A DNA stretch of 61,008 nucleotides from Pseudomonadota bacterium. GTDB lineage: Bacteria > Bdellovibrionota_G > JALEGL01 > DATDPG01. A model generated the notes under the pieces. That model searched no databases and was not told where the DNA came from. It saw only the letters and a program-made list of their open reading frames with translations. Below, piece after piece: positions 18,217 to 27,797 of the stretch (its first letter is position 1; every line of letters starts with the position of its first letter). The stretch is from the NCBI GenBank assembly GCA_043809315.1, contig JAZDDX010000005.1:1-61008 (forward strand), written 5' to 3'. The translations under genes were made by a program, and so were the position numbers.

Positions 18217-19560
18217 ATGCCGAGGACGATCCTATTGGTCGAGGACGACGAGGCGAACCGCACGTCGGTCGCCAAGATCCTGGAGAAAGAGGACTACCGG
18301 ATCGTCCAGGCGAAGGACGGCCGGGAGGCGCTCGACTGGCTCCGGAAGGAATCGATCGATCTGATCCTGACCGACTTCAAGATGCCGGAGATGGACGGGA
18401 TGGATCTCCTGAAAGCCGCCCGCCTCATCAAGCCCCGGATCGACGTCATCCTGATGACCGCCCACGGAACGATCGAAACCGCGGTCGAGGCGATGAAGGA
18501 GGGGGCGTACGACTTCATCCCGAAGCCGTTCAAACGGGCGACGCTGCTGCGGATCATCGAGAAGAATTTCGAGAAAGTCGTGCTGATGCGCGAAAACGAG
18601 CGGCTCCGGGGTGAACTCGAGCGGTACCACGCGCAGAAGGAGATCATCGGGCAGTCGAGCGGGATCCGACACGTCCTCGAGATGGTGAGCCACGTCGCAC
18701 CCAGTTCCGCGACCGTCCTCCTCCAAGGGGAGAGCGGAACCGGGAAGGAGCTGGTGGCGGAGGCGCTCCACCGTCAGAGCTCGAGAGCCGGAAAACCGTT
18801 CGTGAAGGTGAGCTGTGCCGCGCTTCCAGAAACGCTCCTCGAAGCCGAACTGTTCGGATACGAAAAAGGAGCGTTCACCGGAGCTCTCAACCGCAAAGAG
18901 GGTCGGTTCGAATTGGCCGACGGCGGTACGCTCTTCTTGGACGAGATCGGCGAAGTCTCGCCTTCGGTGCAGGTGAAGCTGTTGCGCGTCCTTCAGGAGG
19001 GGGAGTTCGAACGCCTCGGCGGAACGCAGTCGTTGCGATGCGATGTCCGGATCGTGGCCGCCTCCAACCGGGACTTGGAAGAGGCAGTCCGGGAGAAGAC
19101 GTTCCGCGAGGATCTCTTCTACCGCCTGAACGTCATTACGATCGCGATCCCCCCGCTTCGCTCTCGGCGCGACGACATCTCGATTCTGGTCGAACACTTC
19201 CTGAAGATCCACGCTGCGAAAAACGATAAGCGCCCTCCTGCCTTCGATGAGGAGGCGATGAAGGTTCTGTCGAACTACAACTGGCCCGGGAACGTGCGCG
19301 AATTGGAGAACACGATCGAGCGGGCGGTCGTTCTCTGCCGATCGGAACGGCTCACGGTGAGCGACCTCCCGGAGAACATCAAGAAGGCCCCCGTGGCGGA
19401 GGGGGACCGGATTCCGATTCCGATCGGGATGCCGCTCGAAGAGGTCGAGGCGCTCCTGATCCGGGAGACCCTGAACCGTGCCGGAGGGGACAAGACGCTC
19501 GCCGCCAAGCTCCTTGGGGTCGCCCCGCGCACGATCTACCGCAAACTCGAAGAGCGCTGA
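18217..19560 (+). CDS. NtrC-family sigma54-dependent response regulator
   Basis: REC domain, GESGTGKE, GAFTGA, LFLDEIGE, WPGNVRELEN, C-terminal Fis-type HTH; ATG at 18217. Confidence 0.96.
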   Translation: MPRTILLVEDDEANRTSVAKILEKEDYRIVQAKDGREALDWLRKESIDLILTDFKMPEMDGMDLLKAARLIKPRIDVILMTAHGTIETAVEAMKEGAYDFIPKPFKRATLLRIIEKNFEKVVLMRENERLRGELERYHAQKEIIGQSSGIRHVLEMVSHVAPSSATVLLQGESGTGKELVAEALHRQSSRAGKPFVKVSCAALPETLLEAELFGYEKGAFTGALNRKEGRFELADGGTLFLDEIGEVSPSVQVKLLRVLQEGEFERLGGTQSLRCDVRIVAASNRDLEEAVREKTFREDLFYRLNVITIAIPPLRSRRDDISILVEHFLKIHAAKNDKRPPAFDEEAMKVLSNYNWPGNVRELENTIERAVVLCRSERLTVSDLPENIKKAPVAEGDRIPIPIGMPLEEVEALLIRETLNRAGGDKTLAAKLLGVAPRTIYRKLEER

Positions 19561-19571
19561 GCCCCTCGTTC

Positions 19572-20653
19572 GTCAACCGATTGTCAACCGCTTCCACGAG
19601 TCGTCGTCAACTACATGCCGGACGACCGCTGCCAGTTTCGTGCGCAGGTTCACGAGCCGGATCCGGATCGCCGGATGATCGGCGGGAAACACGCGGAACA
19701 GTTCGTCGGCGAATCCCTGCCCGAGAATGCGGACACCGCGGAAATCGAGCTCGATCTCCCGGAAACGATCCAAACGAGCCAGCAGGCGGCGCGCTTCGGA
19801 TCGGGAGACGAACTCCGAACCGAACAGGTGGACCGCTACGCGCGTCCGCTCGAACTTGAAATCGAACTCCTCCGGCGCGAATTCGGAGAAGACCCGCTCC
19901 AGCTGACGTTTGGAGTTCCGTCGCAGGGTGAAACTCACCTCGGTCCCCTCGAAGAACCGCCCCTCCCGGAAGAAGGTATCCTTTCGGAGCGCGTCGAACG
20001 TCATCGAAAGGCGATGCGAGCGGAACGAGAGGAGATCGGCCGCTTTGGACGTGAAGAAGATCCCCTCCCCGGAATGGCGTTCCTTCATCGTCGTGATCTT
20101 CCCCTTCGTCAGTTCCCCGACCGCCGCCTCCTCGGATCCGAGATGAAAACGGGACGCCACGGAATGGAAGATCCCGATTCCGCGATCTCGGACGAAAAAC
20201 CGGACTTCATAAGGCTCGAGTGAGAAAGCGACCGTACAGGTTTTGGACCGAGAGTGGTCGATGGCGTTGTTCAGCATCTCGGTGAAGGCGAAATGGACGA
20301 TGTTCAGGGCGGGTCGCGAGAGCATCCGCTCCAGCGACAACGCCTGGGAGATCGTCCGGAATACCTCCCCCTCCTCCAAGCCGGCCAGCCGGTAGCTCCG
20401 CCGGAACTCTTTCGCGGGCTTCGGACGCGTCCCTGCGGTTCGGATCTCGAACCGGGCACCTCTCGTGGCGCCCGTGCGAACGACCGCCGATTCCGTCACG
20501 AGAGACTTCAGATGTTTGTGGACGGCCTGGCGGGAGACCCGAAGCTTGCGGGCCAGACGGGCTCCGGTCGCCGGTCCGTTCCGACGCAAGAGCTGGACGA
20601 TCTGCCGCCTTACGTTGGTGGGAGGAGCATTCATTGTCAACCGATTGTCAACC
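19572..20653. repeat. 18-bp direct repeats bracketing the DUF4325 gene
   Basis: GTCAACCGATTGTCAACC at 19572-19589 and 20636-20653; palindrome TGACAA-AAGA-TTGTCA at 20658-20673. Confidence 0.85.
19573..20634 (-). CDS. HTH + HATPase-like + STAS-like (DUF4325) protein
   Basis: N-terminal wHTH (LARKLRVSRQAVHKHL), EMLNNAIDHS, DRGIGI, HSGEGIFF, SRSEARRL...LDF...GQGFADELFRVF. Confidence 0.85.
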   Translation of the reverse strand: MNAPPTNVRRQIVQLLRRNGPATGARLARKLRVSRQAVHKHLKSLVTESAVVRTGATRGARFEIRTAGTRPKPAKEFRRSYRLAGLEEGEVFRTISQALSLERMLSRPALNIVHFAFTEMLNNAIDHSRSKTCTVAFSLEPYEVRFFVRDRGIGIFHSVASRFHLGSEEAAVGELTKGKITTMKERHSGEGIFFTSKAADLLSFRSHRLSMTFDALRKDTFFREGRFFEGTEVSFTLRRNSKRQLERVFSEFAPEEFDFKFERTRVAVHLFGSEFVSRSEARRLLARLDRFREIELDFRGVRILGQGFADELFRVFPADHPAIRIRLVNLRTKLAAVVRHVVDDDSWKRLTIG

Positions 20654-20695
20654 AGTATGACAAAAGATTGTCAACCTGACAACCGGTCCGGAGAT

Positions 20696-21250
20696 CTACC
20701 GGTAGAACTTAGAGTTGTAGAACGGGGCGAAGGCGGTCAGGAGCGCCGTTTCGAACGACTGGCTCCGCCGGATCAGATCGTGCGTCAGAACCCCCCAGGT
20801 CCCCTGCTTGCTCCGGACATCGTGCTGGAACGCCACCTCGTCGATCACGGCGCCGAGGTCCCGCTTCTTCTCCATCACCTCGTGGGCGATCCGATCGGGG
20901 ACCTCGATGTTCCCGGAGCTTCCGTAGTACCCAACCTTCCCGTCGCTGACGTACGCCCACCCCTGGAGGAAAACGCAGCGGCGGTTTTCCGTTGTGATCG
21001 TGTGAAACCCGCCTTCCAGGCCGACGTAGTACTCGGCCCGGGTTCGTTGCTGCAGCATCTCGACGCGGCGGCGCGCTCCGTTCATGAGCTCTTCGAGCGA
21101 ACGGGGCATCGAGATCCCGGTGTCGATTTCGAACGCTTCGATCTCCGTTCGGGGATCGTCGGGGTTTAACAACAGCCGGATCCGGTTCAAGGTGTTCTCA
21201 AGCGCTTCGTACTTCGGTCCGCGTTTCGATCCGAGAGCGATCTTCATCAT
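20696..21250 (-). CDS. yjjX: inosine/xanthosine triphosphatase (YjjX/DUF84 family)
   Basis: IALGSKRGPK, P.SLEELMNGARRR, VGLEGG, KQGTWGVLT...R. Confidence 0.85.
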   Translation of the reverse strand: MMKIALGSKRGPKYEALENTLNRIRLLLNPDDPRTEIEAFEIDTGISMPRSLEELMNGARRRVEMLQQRTRAEYYVGLEGGFHTITTENRRCVFLQGWAYVSDGKVGYYGSSGNIEVPDRIAHEVMEKKRDLGAVIDEVAFQHDVRSKQGTWGVLTHDLIRRSQSFETALLTAFAPFYNSKFYR

Positions 21251-21786
21251 ACGGTTGCGAGGAGTCTCTCGAAAATCGCGTACGAAGTCGAGTCGAAGAG
21301 AACGTGGACAATGCGCTTCAATCGTTTCGCATCTTTTTCGGCAAACGTGCGCGTGACGCCGATCGCGATCCCCGCCGCCCGCTCCAGCGGGAAGCCATAG
21401 AACCCGGTCGAGATCGCGGGAAAGGCGATCGATGCACATCCGAGGTTTTCGGCCAGTTGAAGCGAGGATCGATACGCTGATTCGAGAAGTCGGTCCTCAC
21501 TCCCGTCCCCCCGCCAGATCGGGCCGACAGCGTGGATGACGACCCGGACGCCGTTCTTTTCGAGATCGAATGCGGGGGTCGAAACGGCGTGCCCCGTCGG
21601 ACAGCCGCCGATCTTCCGGCAGGCTTCAAGGAGTCTCGGCCCCGCGGCCCGATGGACCGCCCAATCCACTCCGCCTCCCCCAAGTAGTTCTGAATTCGCT
21701 GCGGTCACGATCGCGTCGACCCGCTGGTCGGTGATGTCGGCGCGAACGACCGTCAACGGGGACCCGGAAATATCGACTCGTTTCAT
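21247..21786 (-). CDS. macro domain protein (YmdB-like ADP-ribose hydrolase)
   Basis: DIT...DAIVTAAN..LLGGGGVDWAVHRAAG, IHAVGP, AFPAISTGFYGFP. Confidence 0.93.
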   Translation of the reverse strand: MKRVDISGSPLTVVRADITDQRVDAIVTAANSELLGGGGVDWAVHRAAGPRLLEACRKIGGCPTGHAVSTPAFDLEKNGVRVVIHAVGPIWRGDGSEDRLLESAYRSSLQLAENLGCASIAFPAISTGFYGFPLERAAGIAIGVTRTFAEKDAKRLKRIVHVLFDSTSYAIFERLLATV

Positions 21787-21886
21787 GAAGAGGTACCTCG
21801 CAAACGTTGCATAGTTTTGCAAACTTTAGCTCCGCTGTCCTTGGGGTAAACTGCTCCAACCCCCTGAAACTCCTGCCTCTTCCGTT

Positions 21887-21901
21887 TGGCACGCTTGATG
21901 C
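21887..21901 (+). promoter_or_regulatory. sigma54 -24/-12 promoter
   Basis: TGGCACGCTTGATGC, 29 bp upstream of ATG at 21931. Confidence 0.75.
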
Positions 21902-21930
21902 TCTTTCATCTCTTCCAAGGGAGACTGAGC

Positions 21931-22215
21931 ATGAAACGAGCTACTGCAATTCTGATCCTGATCTTGATGGCAGGGCTTTTCGGCTGCGGCTCCACCAAAG
22001 ACAAAGCGGAGCAAGGACTTACGACCGCTCCCGTCGTCCTTCCCTACACCGCTCCCGTCGACCGGGTGGTCACTCTCGGTTGCGACCAGCTGTGCTTCAA
22101 CCAGTGCGGTGCGGCCCCCTCGGTCGGCTCGGCCACCCCGGAGGCGATCCATACGTACCAGTTCTGCAACAACGACTGCGTATCCGATTGCCTGAACCGC
22201 AACGGGAGAATGTGA
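21931..22215 (+). CDS. small Cys-rich lipoprotein
   Basis: RBS AAGGGAG; lipobox LFGC; two CxxxCxxxC motifs. Confidence 0.8.
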   Translation: MKRATAILILILMAGLFGCGSTKDKAEQGLTTAPVVLPYTAPVDRVVTLGCDQLCFNQCGAAPSVGSATPEAIHTYQFCNNDCVSDCLNRNGRM

Positions 22216-22229
22216 ACAAAAGATCCTCT

Positions 22230-22257
22230 TTGACGCGCGCGCTAAGAGTCCTACAAT
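22230..22257 (+). promoter_or_regulatory. sigma70-like promoter upstream of the Rhs shell gene
   Basis: TTGACG-N16-TACAAT. Confidence 0.5.
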
Positions 22258-22397
22258 AGATGCTGCTGCCCCCGTTCTAAAGCCAAGGGAGGTCGCATGG
22301 CCGCCGCCTCGAGACGTTTTGAGTTTCACCGAGCGTTCGCGCTTTCTCACTCTTCCATCCGAAACATCCCGTCAACCCGCAGGCAAAGGGGAGTCGT

Positions 22398-25300
22398 ATG
22401 AACCAACCCGCCCGTCTATTATTCTTCGTTTCGTTCTTGGTTTGCTGTTCGCTCGCGTTCGGAGCGACCGCTCCGTTGGAAGGCGATTCCCCGCCTAAGA
22501 CAGAGGGGACGACGGGGGTGAATCGAGACATCTTTCCGAAGGACATGCCGAACAAGCTTCCGGAGGTGGCCCAGAACGTCGATCAGTCGAGCGGGTCGTT
22601 TTCCTGGTCGATTCCGATTGAGGTGCCGAGTTATTACGGCATCGAACCTTCGTTGTCGCTCAGTTACAACTCCGGGGGTGGAAACGGGATTGCGGGGGTG
22701 GGGTGGTCGCTGTCGGGGTACAGCACAATCGAGCGGGGGGGGCTGATTCATACGCCGCCCCAATACGACGATAACCGGGACACCTATTATTTGGACGGTC
22801 AGGAGCTGGTGGAGTGCAGCAAGCAGTTCGCAAAGGTTACCGATTACAGTCCGACGTGCAGGAACGTCCAGTCGGCATCCCTCTCGCTCTCCGGTCACTT
22901 TTCGACGCGGATCGATTCGTTTCAACGGATTCAAAAGGACGGGGACACTTGGTACGTTTTCCGGAAGAACGGGACGAAGGCGACGTATACGAACAAATGC
23001 AGCACCACCTCCACGAACAACAGTCTGACGTTCCGATGGGGGCTTTCCAGCGTGGTTCATCCGAACGGCGCCACGGTCACGTACGAATCCGATTGCGAGA
23101 CCGGGTTAACGGCGGTTACGTATCACGGGAGCGCGGTGAGGGTGGAGCTGGTCCATGAGGGCCGAGGCGATCCGGTTTTTTTCAGCGACGGGACCCAAAC
23201 CAAAACGATTTCACAGCGGCTCAAAGCGATCCAGGTTCAGGTTCCGAACCAGGGGACCGGAATATTCCGTTTGTATCGGTTGTTCTATTCGGCGAGCGCG
23301 GGTTCCGAGCGTTCGCTTCTGACGTCGGTTCTGCCGTGTAAGAATGCCGCTTGCCTGACTTGTTCCGATCTTGCGACCTGCCAGGCGGCGAACCCTTTGC
23401 ATGTTCTTCTCCCGACGGTGGTCAATTGGTACGGCGGGCCGGTGTTCCAGGCACCGCAGGACCTGACGAATGTTCCGCTGAGTGCTGAGGACTGGGCGGG
23501 ACAGTACCGGAAGGTCGCTTCGGGGGATTTCAACGGGGACGGGTACAACGATCTTCTTCAGGTCGGTTCTGTGGGGGACCGGGGGACGTACGTTCTGTTG
23601 GGGTTGCCGGGCGGGGGATTTGGTCTAAGGGAACTGACGACGCATCCCATCGCGGGCGGCGGAACGATGAACAAGTGCAAATGGTTTGGGGGTTCGACCG
23701 GCGAAGGAGCTTCGGCGATCTTGACGGGGGATTTCAACGGCGACGGGCGGACCGACGTTCTGGTTCAACCCTGGCAGGCCAGTGTTACCGGTTGCACGTT
23801 GAGTTCCGATTTCCGGCCTTGGCTCTTGCTGGCCTCGGGGGACGGAAACATCTTCCAGCCGGCGGTGGATGCGAGCACGTTCGGATGGATTTCCGGTTCG
23901 GCCTGTGGTGTTTCCGAATCCGACCGATGGCAGTGCTGGGACGCTTCCAAGTACGAGGCGGTGACCGGGGATTTCAACGGCGATCGGCTGACCGATCTTT
24001 TGTTCCGGGACGGTCCGCTTTGTAATGGGTCCTGTTCTTTCAAGTGGTTGCTGATGGCGAAGAATTCTACGTTAACGAGCGGTCTTTTTAACCGGAAAGA
24101 TCGGGACGAAGTTCTCGGAGCCGATAGTTCGATGGCCTACTGGGATGTGTTGAAGCACAATATGATCGCGGCCGATTTCAACGGCGACGGGAAGACCGAT
24201 CTCTTGTTCCAAGGGAAACCCGACTGTACCGGTCAGTGTCCCGGGACAAATCTGTTGTACAGCCGGCGGCCCAACCCGGACTACGCCGATCAGTACCCAT
24301 TCAGGCTAAGGGATTTGACTTTGCAAGCGGAGTGGAATCCGTCGAACGTGATCCCGGGTGATTTCAACGGCGACGGGTTGTTGGACATCTTTCTGCAACG
24401 AAGGGTATCGGGGAGCGCGAGCCGGCTCTTGCTCAACCGCGGCTATCGGGCGTTCGAGTTGGGCACAGGTATGTTCGTGTCCTACGACGTAAACGGCTCG
24501 GATTGGCATGCCGACTCGCGGAATCTCGTGGCCGGGGACTTCAACGGAGACGGAAAGACCGATTTGATCCGCCAAGGGGTGGTGCCGCAGGGTGGCTCCC
24601 TGCCGACCGACGACAACTTAAGCTTCCGCAGCCTTGTCGAGATGAGTACGGGGGCTGTCAACGTCACGTTTAAGGAGCTTGCGACGCTTTCGGGAACGTA
24701 CGGCTCGCACTCCAAGCGGTTGGTCACGGGGGATTTTGTGGGACACGGGAAGACCGACCTTTTGGCCCGGAACGTCTTTAGGAGCCAACAAGATCCGGTC
24801 CCGTATCTGATCCCCTCGAACACGGCGGCGACCGACCGGGTTCAACGGGTGACGAATTCGTTCCGCGGGACAACCAGTGTGGTTTACACCCCTTCGGCGG
24901 TCTGGCCGGGAAACCAAGCGGGGCTGCCGGTGACGCAGACGGTGAAGTCGCTGACGGTCAACGACGGCCGAATGCCACCGGTGATAACCGAATTCTTCTA
25001 CCAACAGGGGAAGTACGATTACAACTGGAAGAGACCGCTCGGGTTTCGGTGGGTGAGAACGAAGCTCCCGATCACCGCGGGAGAGTCACAGAACCCGTTT
25101 GTCCAGACGAAATATTTTCAGGAGTATCAGACGGCGGGAATGCCCGAGGAGGTCCGGTACTGGGAGGGGGATCCGGGCGATGATCCGGATGTCCCTTCAA
25201 CGGGAGCGAAACTCTGGACAAGATCGGCAGCGGCTCCCTGTATAAAGATGAGTAACGGGGGTTCACCCGGGCTGGCGAAGATCTTGGAGCTTCCCGGCGG

Positions 25301-27797
25301 CATATATCCCTTCTGGTACATCGTGTTTCCAGAGTTCACGGTGCAGGAACACTTTGACGGCGTGGTTCACGATCCGAAATACCGAACGGCCCAGGCGACG
25401 GTCTACGACTCCTGCCGTTACAGCAGCAGCAGCGGATTCGGAAATCTCGTTCTCCAGATAAACTATGGGGTCTATGAAAATTCCTTGACCCAGAATCTCG
25501 CCGACGACACGACAACCGGATTCCAACATCAGATCGTCAACACCAGTAATACCTACCGGGTCGATCGAGTGGTTACGCAAGAAACGCGGGCGGGAAGCTT
25601 AAACGCCTTTACCGGAACGCTCCTGGCCATAACGAGATTCGACTACCGCGCCAACGGCAATCTTCAGAATCAGAACTCCTACGTCGTCCAGTCGGGCGCC
25701 TTGACGGGTGGGCCGTATTCAAGAACCTACGGCTACGATGACGCCACTCAACGCAACCTCGTGACAGAGACGAACGAAGTCAATGCGACCACGAACTACG
25801 ACTACGAAACGACGTTCAACTATTACCGCGAGAAAACAAGGGTGAAGCCGTCCAGCACGGCCGCGGAGCAGGTCACACAGGTCACCGGTTGGGACTTTCT
25901 CTGCGGGGCGCCGACGAGCGTGAAAGACCCGAACGGCCAGATCACCACCACGACGTACGACGGCTTCTGCCGCGTTACACAGAAACAGCTTCCGGGAGGG
26001 AGCTGTGCGACGCCGATGAAGGATTGCGAGAAGACTGATTATTCGAAACTCGACGACCCCACCAAGGGTGTCGGGAGTGGACGGTACGTCGAAACGTTCA
26101 CGCCCCCCCCGAAAGAGGCGCCGGGGGCTCCGGCGAACCAGAAGATCTCGACCCGGGTTATCCCCGACGGTTTGGGACGGACCATTTTTACCAGGATCGC
26201 CCCCGAATTCTCGGCAAACCCCATTTGGAATAGTACCGTTTACAACTCGAGGGGTCTGGTCGAGTACAAGTTGAGGCCCACGCACGATCCCATGACCCTC
26301 AACGGCTGGACCCGTATCTTTTACGACGCACTCAACCGCCCGGTCGAGATGCGCCCTGACAATTACAGGTCGAACGCCAAACTGAAGGCGAGTTACGAAC
26401 CCCTCGCCCAGGACAATTCCCCCGCGCAAGGAACCACCAACAGCTACGCGGTGTTCAAGGTGACCTACACGGACGAAGAGGAACACACGGCGGCCGACAT
26501 GTACGACGGCCGCGGGCAGGTCGTCCGGCACGACGACTCCCCGGGCGTGGCACCGAGCAGTTGGTCGCTCTCGTCGTACGACCTGTTGGGGAACCTGGAG
26601 AAGATTCGGGACGTCAACGGGAACGAGATCGTGACCGTCTTCGATTCCCGTGGGCTTCTGCGCCGCGAGACCGATCCCGACCGCGGGACGACGACGTTCT
26701 TCTATGATGCGGCCGGCCGCCTCGAGAGAACCGTGGATGCCAAAGTGCAACAGGTCCTCTTTACGTACGATCTCATGAACCGAAAGGTTCGGAAGCAGGC
26801 CTTCGGCGTTTCGGGTTCACCCGGGGCCGACGTCACGTACAAATACGACGACGTCCGGATCGGCTATTTGAACATCGGACGCCTGACGACGATCCTGGAC
26901 GGGACGGGGTACGAGTATTTCGACTACGATCCGATGGGACGACTCCTGCGGACGATCCGGGGAATTTCGGAAGGAGGGGGTGGCTCGTACTACACCTATT
27001 CCCAGGTCTATGACGGCAGCGGCCGGCTCTACGGGAAGTATTACCCGCACAACGTTTCGTTCACGTACGGGTACGACCCGTTCGGACGGATCACCTCGAT
27101 CTGCACCACTCCCGGTTGCACGACCCCCGATCTGGTCTCCTCGATCACGTACAACGCCGCAGGCCAGCCGGAGTTGCAGACCAACGGGAACGGCACGCAA
27201 ACAACATACGTTTGGAACGACGCCCGCGGGTGGTTGACCCGGATCAGGACCATAACAGGCTCGACGGTTCTTCAGGACATCAATTATGCGGACCGGAACA
27301 ACGAGGGGATGCTCAAGTCATGGGCCAGTTCCTACCAACCCAACCAAAGCGTGGTGACCGAGAGCAACTGGAGCTTCGGCTACGACAGCCTCCACAGGCT
27401 GAAGACGGCGACCAACAACCTCAATTCCAATCATTCGGAGTCGTTCGATTACGACGCGATCGGGAATCTGACGCAAAAAACCGTCGGCACCGCTTCCCCG
27501 CAGACGTTTGCCTACGCCTACGACCGAACGGGAGGAGCCGGACCTCACGCTCTGACCAAAGTGAGTGGGGCCGTCGTGGGCAGCTACATCTACGATGTGA
27601 ACGGCAACATGACCAACCATGCCGGCGACACGATCACGTTCAACGCCGAGGGGTATCCTGCGAGGTTTGTGCGCGGCGGCCAGACCACCTCGTTCACGTA
27701 CGACGGGAACAACCAACGGCTCATGATGAGCGTGACCGGCGTTCCGGGCCCGAGAACGATCTATCTGGACGGGGGAGCCTTCGAGCTGCGGCCATGA
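22398..27797 (+). CDS. secreted SpvB/TcB-like + FG-GAP propeller + YD/RHS-repeat shell protein lacking the Rhs core
   Basis: Signal peptide; SGSFSWSIPIEVP...PSLSLSYNS...G.GWSLSG; seven GDFNGDG-type repeats; PLGFRWV mid-domain; many YD..G repeats; ends at RTIYLDGGAFELRP* with no DHxGS or YYDPxxGRF core. Confidence 0.9.
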   Translation: MNQPARLLFFVSFLVCCSLAFGATAPLEGDSPPKTEGTTGVNRDIFPKDMPNKLPEVAQNVDQSSGSFSWSIPIEVPSYYGIEPSLSLSYNSGGGNGIAGVGWSLSGYSTIERGGLIHTPPQYDDNRDTYYLDGQELVECSKQFAKVTDYSPTCRNVQSASLSLSGHFSTRIDSFQRIQKDGDTWYVFRKNGTKATYTNKCSTTSTNNSLTFRWGLSSVVHPNGATVTYESDCETGLTAVTYHGSAVRVELVHEGRGDPVFFSDGTQTKTISQRLKAIQVQVPNQGTGIFRLYRLFYSASAGSERSLLTSVLPCKNAACLTCSDLATCQAANPLHVLLPTVVNWYGGPVFQAPQDLTNVPLSAEDWAGQYRKVASGDFNGDGYNDLLQVGSVGDRGTYVLLGLPGGGFGLRELTTHPIAGGGTMNKCKWFGGSTGEGASAILTGDFNGDGRTDVLVQPWQASVTGCTLSSDFRPWLLLASGDGNIFQPAVDASTFGWISGSACGVSESDRWQCWDASKYEAVTGDFNGDRLTDLLFRDGPLCNGSCSFKWLLMAKNSTLTSGLFNRKDRDEVLGADSSMAYWDVLKHNMIAADFNGDGKTDLLFQGKPDCTGQCPGTNLLYSRRPNPDYADQYPFRLRDLTLQAEWNPSNVIPGDFNGDGLLDIFLQRRVSGSASRLLLNRGYRAFELGTGMFVSYDVNGSDWHADSRNLVAGDFNGDGKTDLIRQGVVPQGGSLPTDDNLSFRSLVEMSTGAVNVTFKELATLSGTYGSHSKRLVTGDFVGHGKTDLLARNVFRSQQDPVPYLIPSNTAATDRVQRVTNSFRGTTSVVYTPSAVWPGNQAGLPVTQTVKSLTVNDGRMPPVITEFFYQQGKYDYNWKRPLGFRWVRTKLPITAGESQNPFVQTKYFQEYQTAGMPEEVRYWEGDPGDDPDVPSTGAKLWTRSAAAPCIKMSNGGSPGLAKILELPGGIYPFWYIVFPEFTVQEHFDGVVHDPKYRTAQATVYDSCRYSSSSGFGNLVLQINYGVYENSLTQNLADDTTTGFQHQIVNTSNTYRVDRVVTQETRAGSLNAFTGTLLAITRFDYRANGNLQNQNSYVVQSGALTGGPYSRTYGYDDATQRNLVTETNEVNATTNYDYETTFNYYREKTRVKPSSTAAEQVTQVTGWDFLCGAPTSVKDPNGQITTTTYDGFCRVTQKQLPGGSCATPMKDCEKTDYSKLDDPTKGVGSGRYVETFTPPPKEAPGAPANQKISTRVIPDGLGRTIFTRIAPEFSANPIWNSTVYNSRGLVEYKLRPTHDPMTLNGWTRIFYDALNRPVEMRPDNYRSNAKLKASYEPLAQDNSPAQGTTNSYAVFKVTYTDEEEHTAADMYDGRGQVVRHDDSPGVAPSSWSLSSYDLLGNLEKIRDVNGNEIVTVFDSRGLLRRETDPDRGTTTFFYDAAGRLERTVDAKVQQVLFTYDLMNRKVRKQAFGVSGSPGADVTYKYDDVRIGYLNIGRLTTILDGTGYEYFDYDPMGRLLRTIRGISEGGGGSYYTYSQVYDGSGRLYGKYYPHNVSFTYGYDPFGRITSICTTPGCTTPDLVSSITYNAAGQPELQTNGNGTQTTYVWNDARGWLTRIRTITGSTVLQDINYADRNNEGMLKSWASSYQPNQSVVTESNWSFGYDSLHRLKTATNNLNSNHSESFDYDAIGNLTQKTVGTASPQTFAYAYDRTGGAGPHALTKVSGAVVGSYIYDVNGNMTNHAGDTITFNAEGYPARFVRGGQTTSFTYDGNNQRLMMSVTGVPGPRTIYLDGGAFELRP

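Noticed and set aside
27116-27797. Reading the shell/cassette split as a sequencing frameshift, or the 660-aa ORF from 27116 as real
   Set aside because: A fusion would place a complete signal peptide inside the barrel, cassette 2 independently has the same organisation, the ATGA overlap is typical translational coupling, and the upstream 226 codons are off-frame shadow sequence
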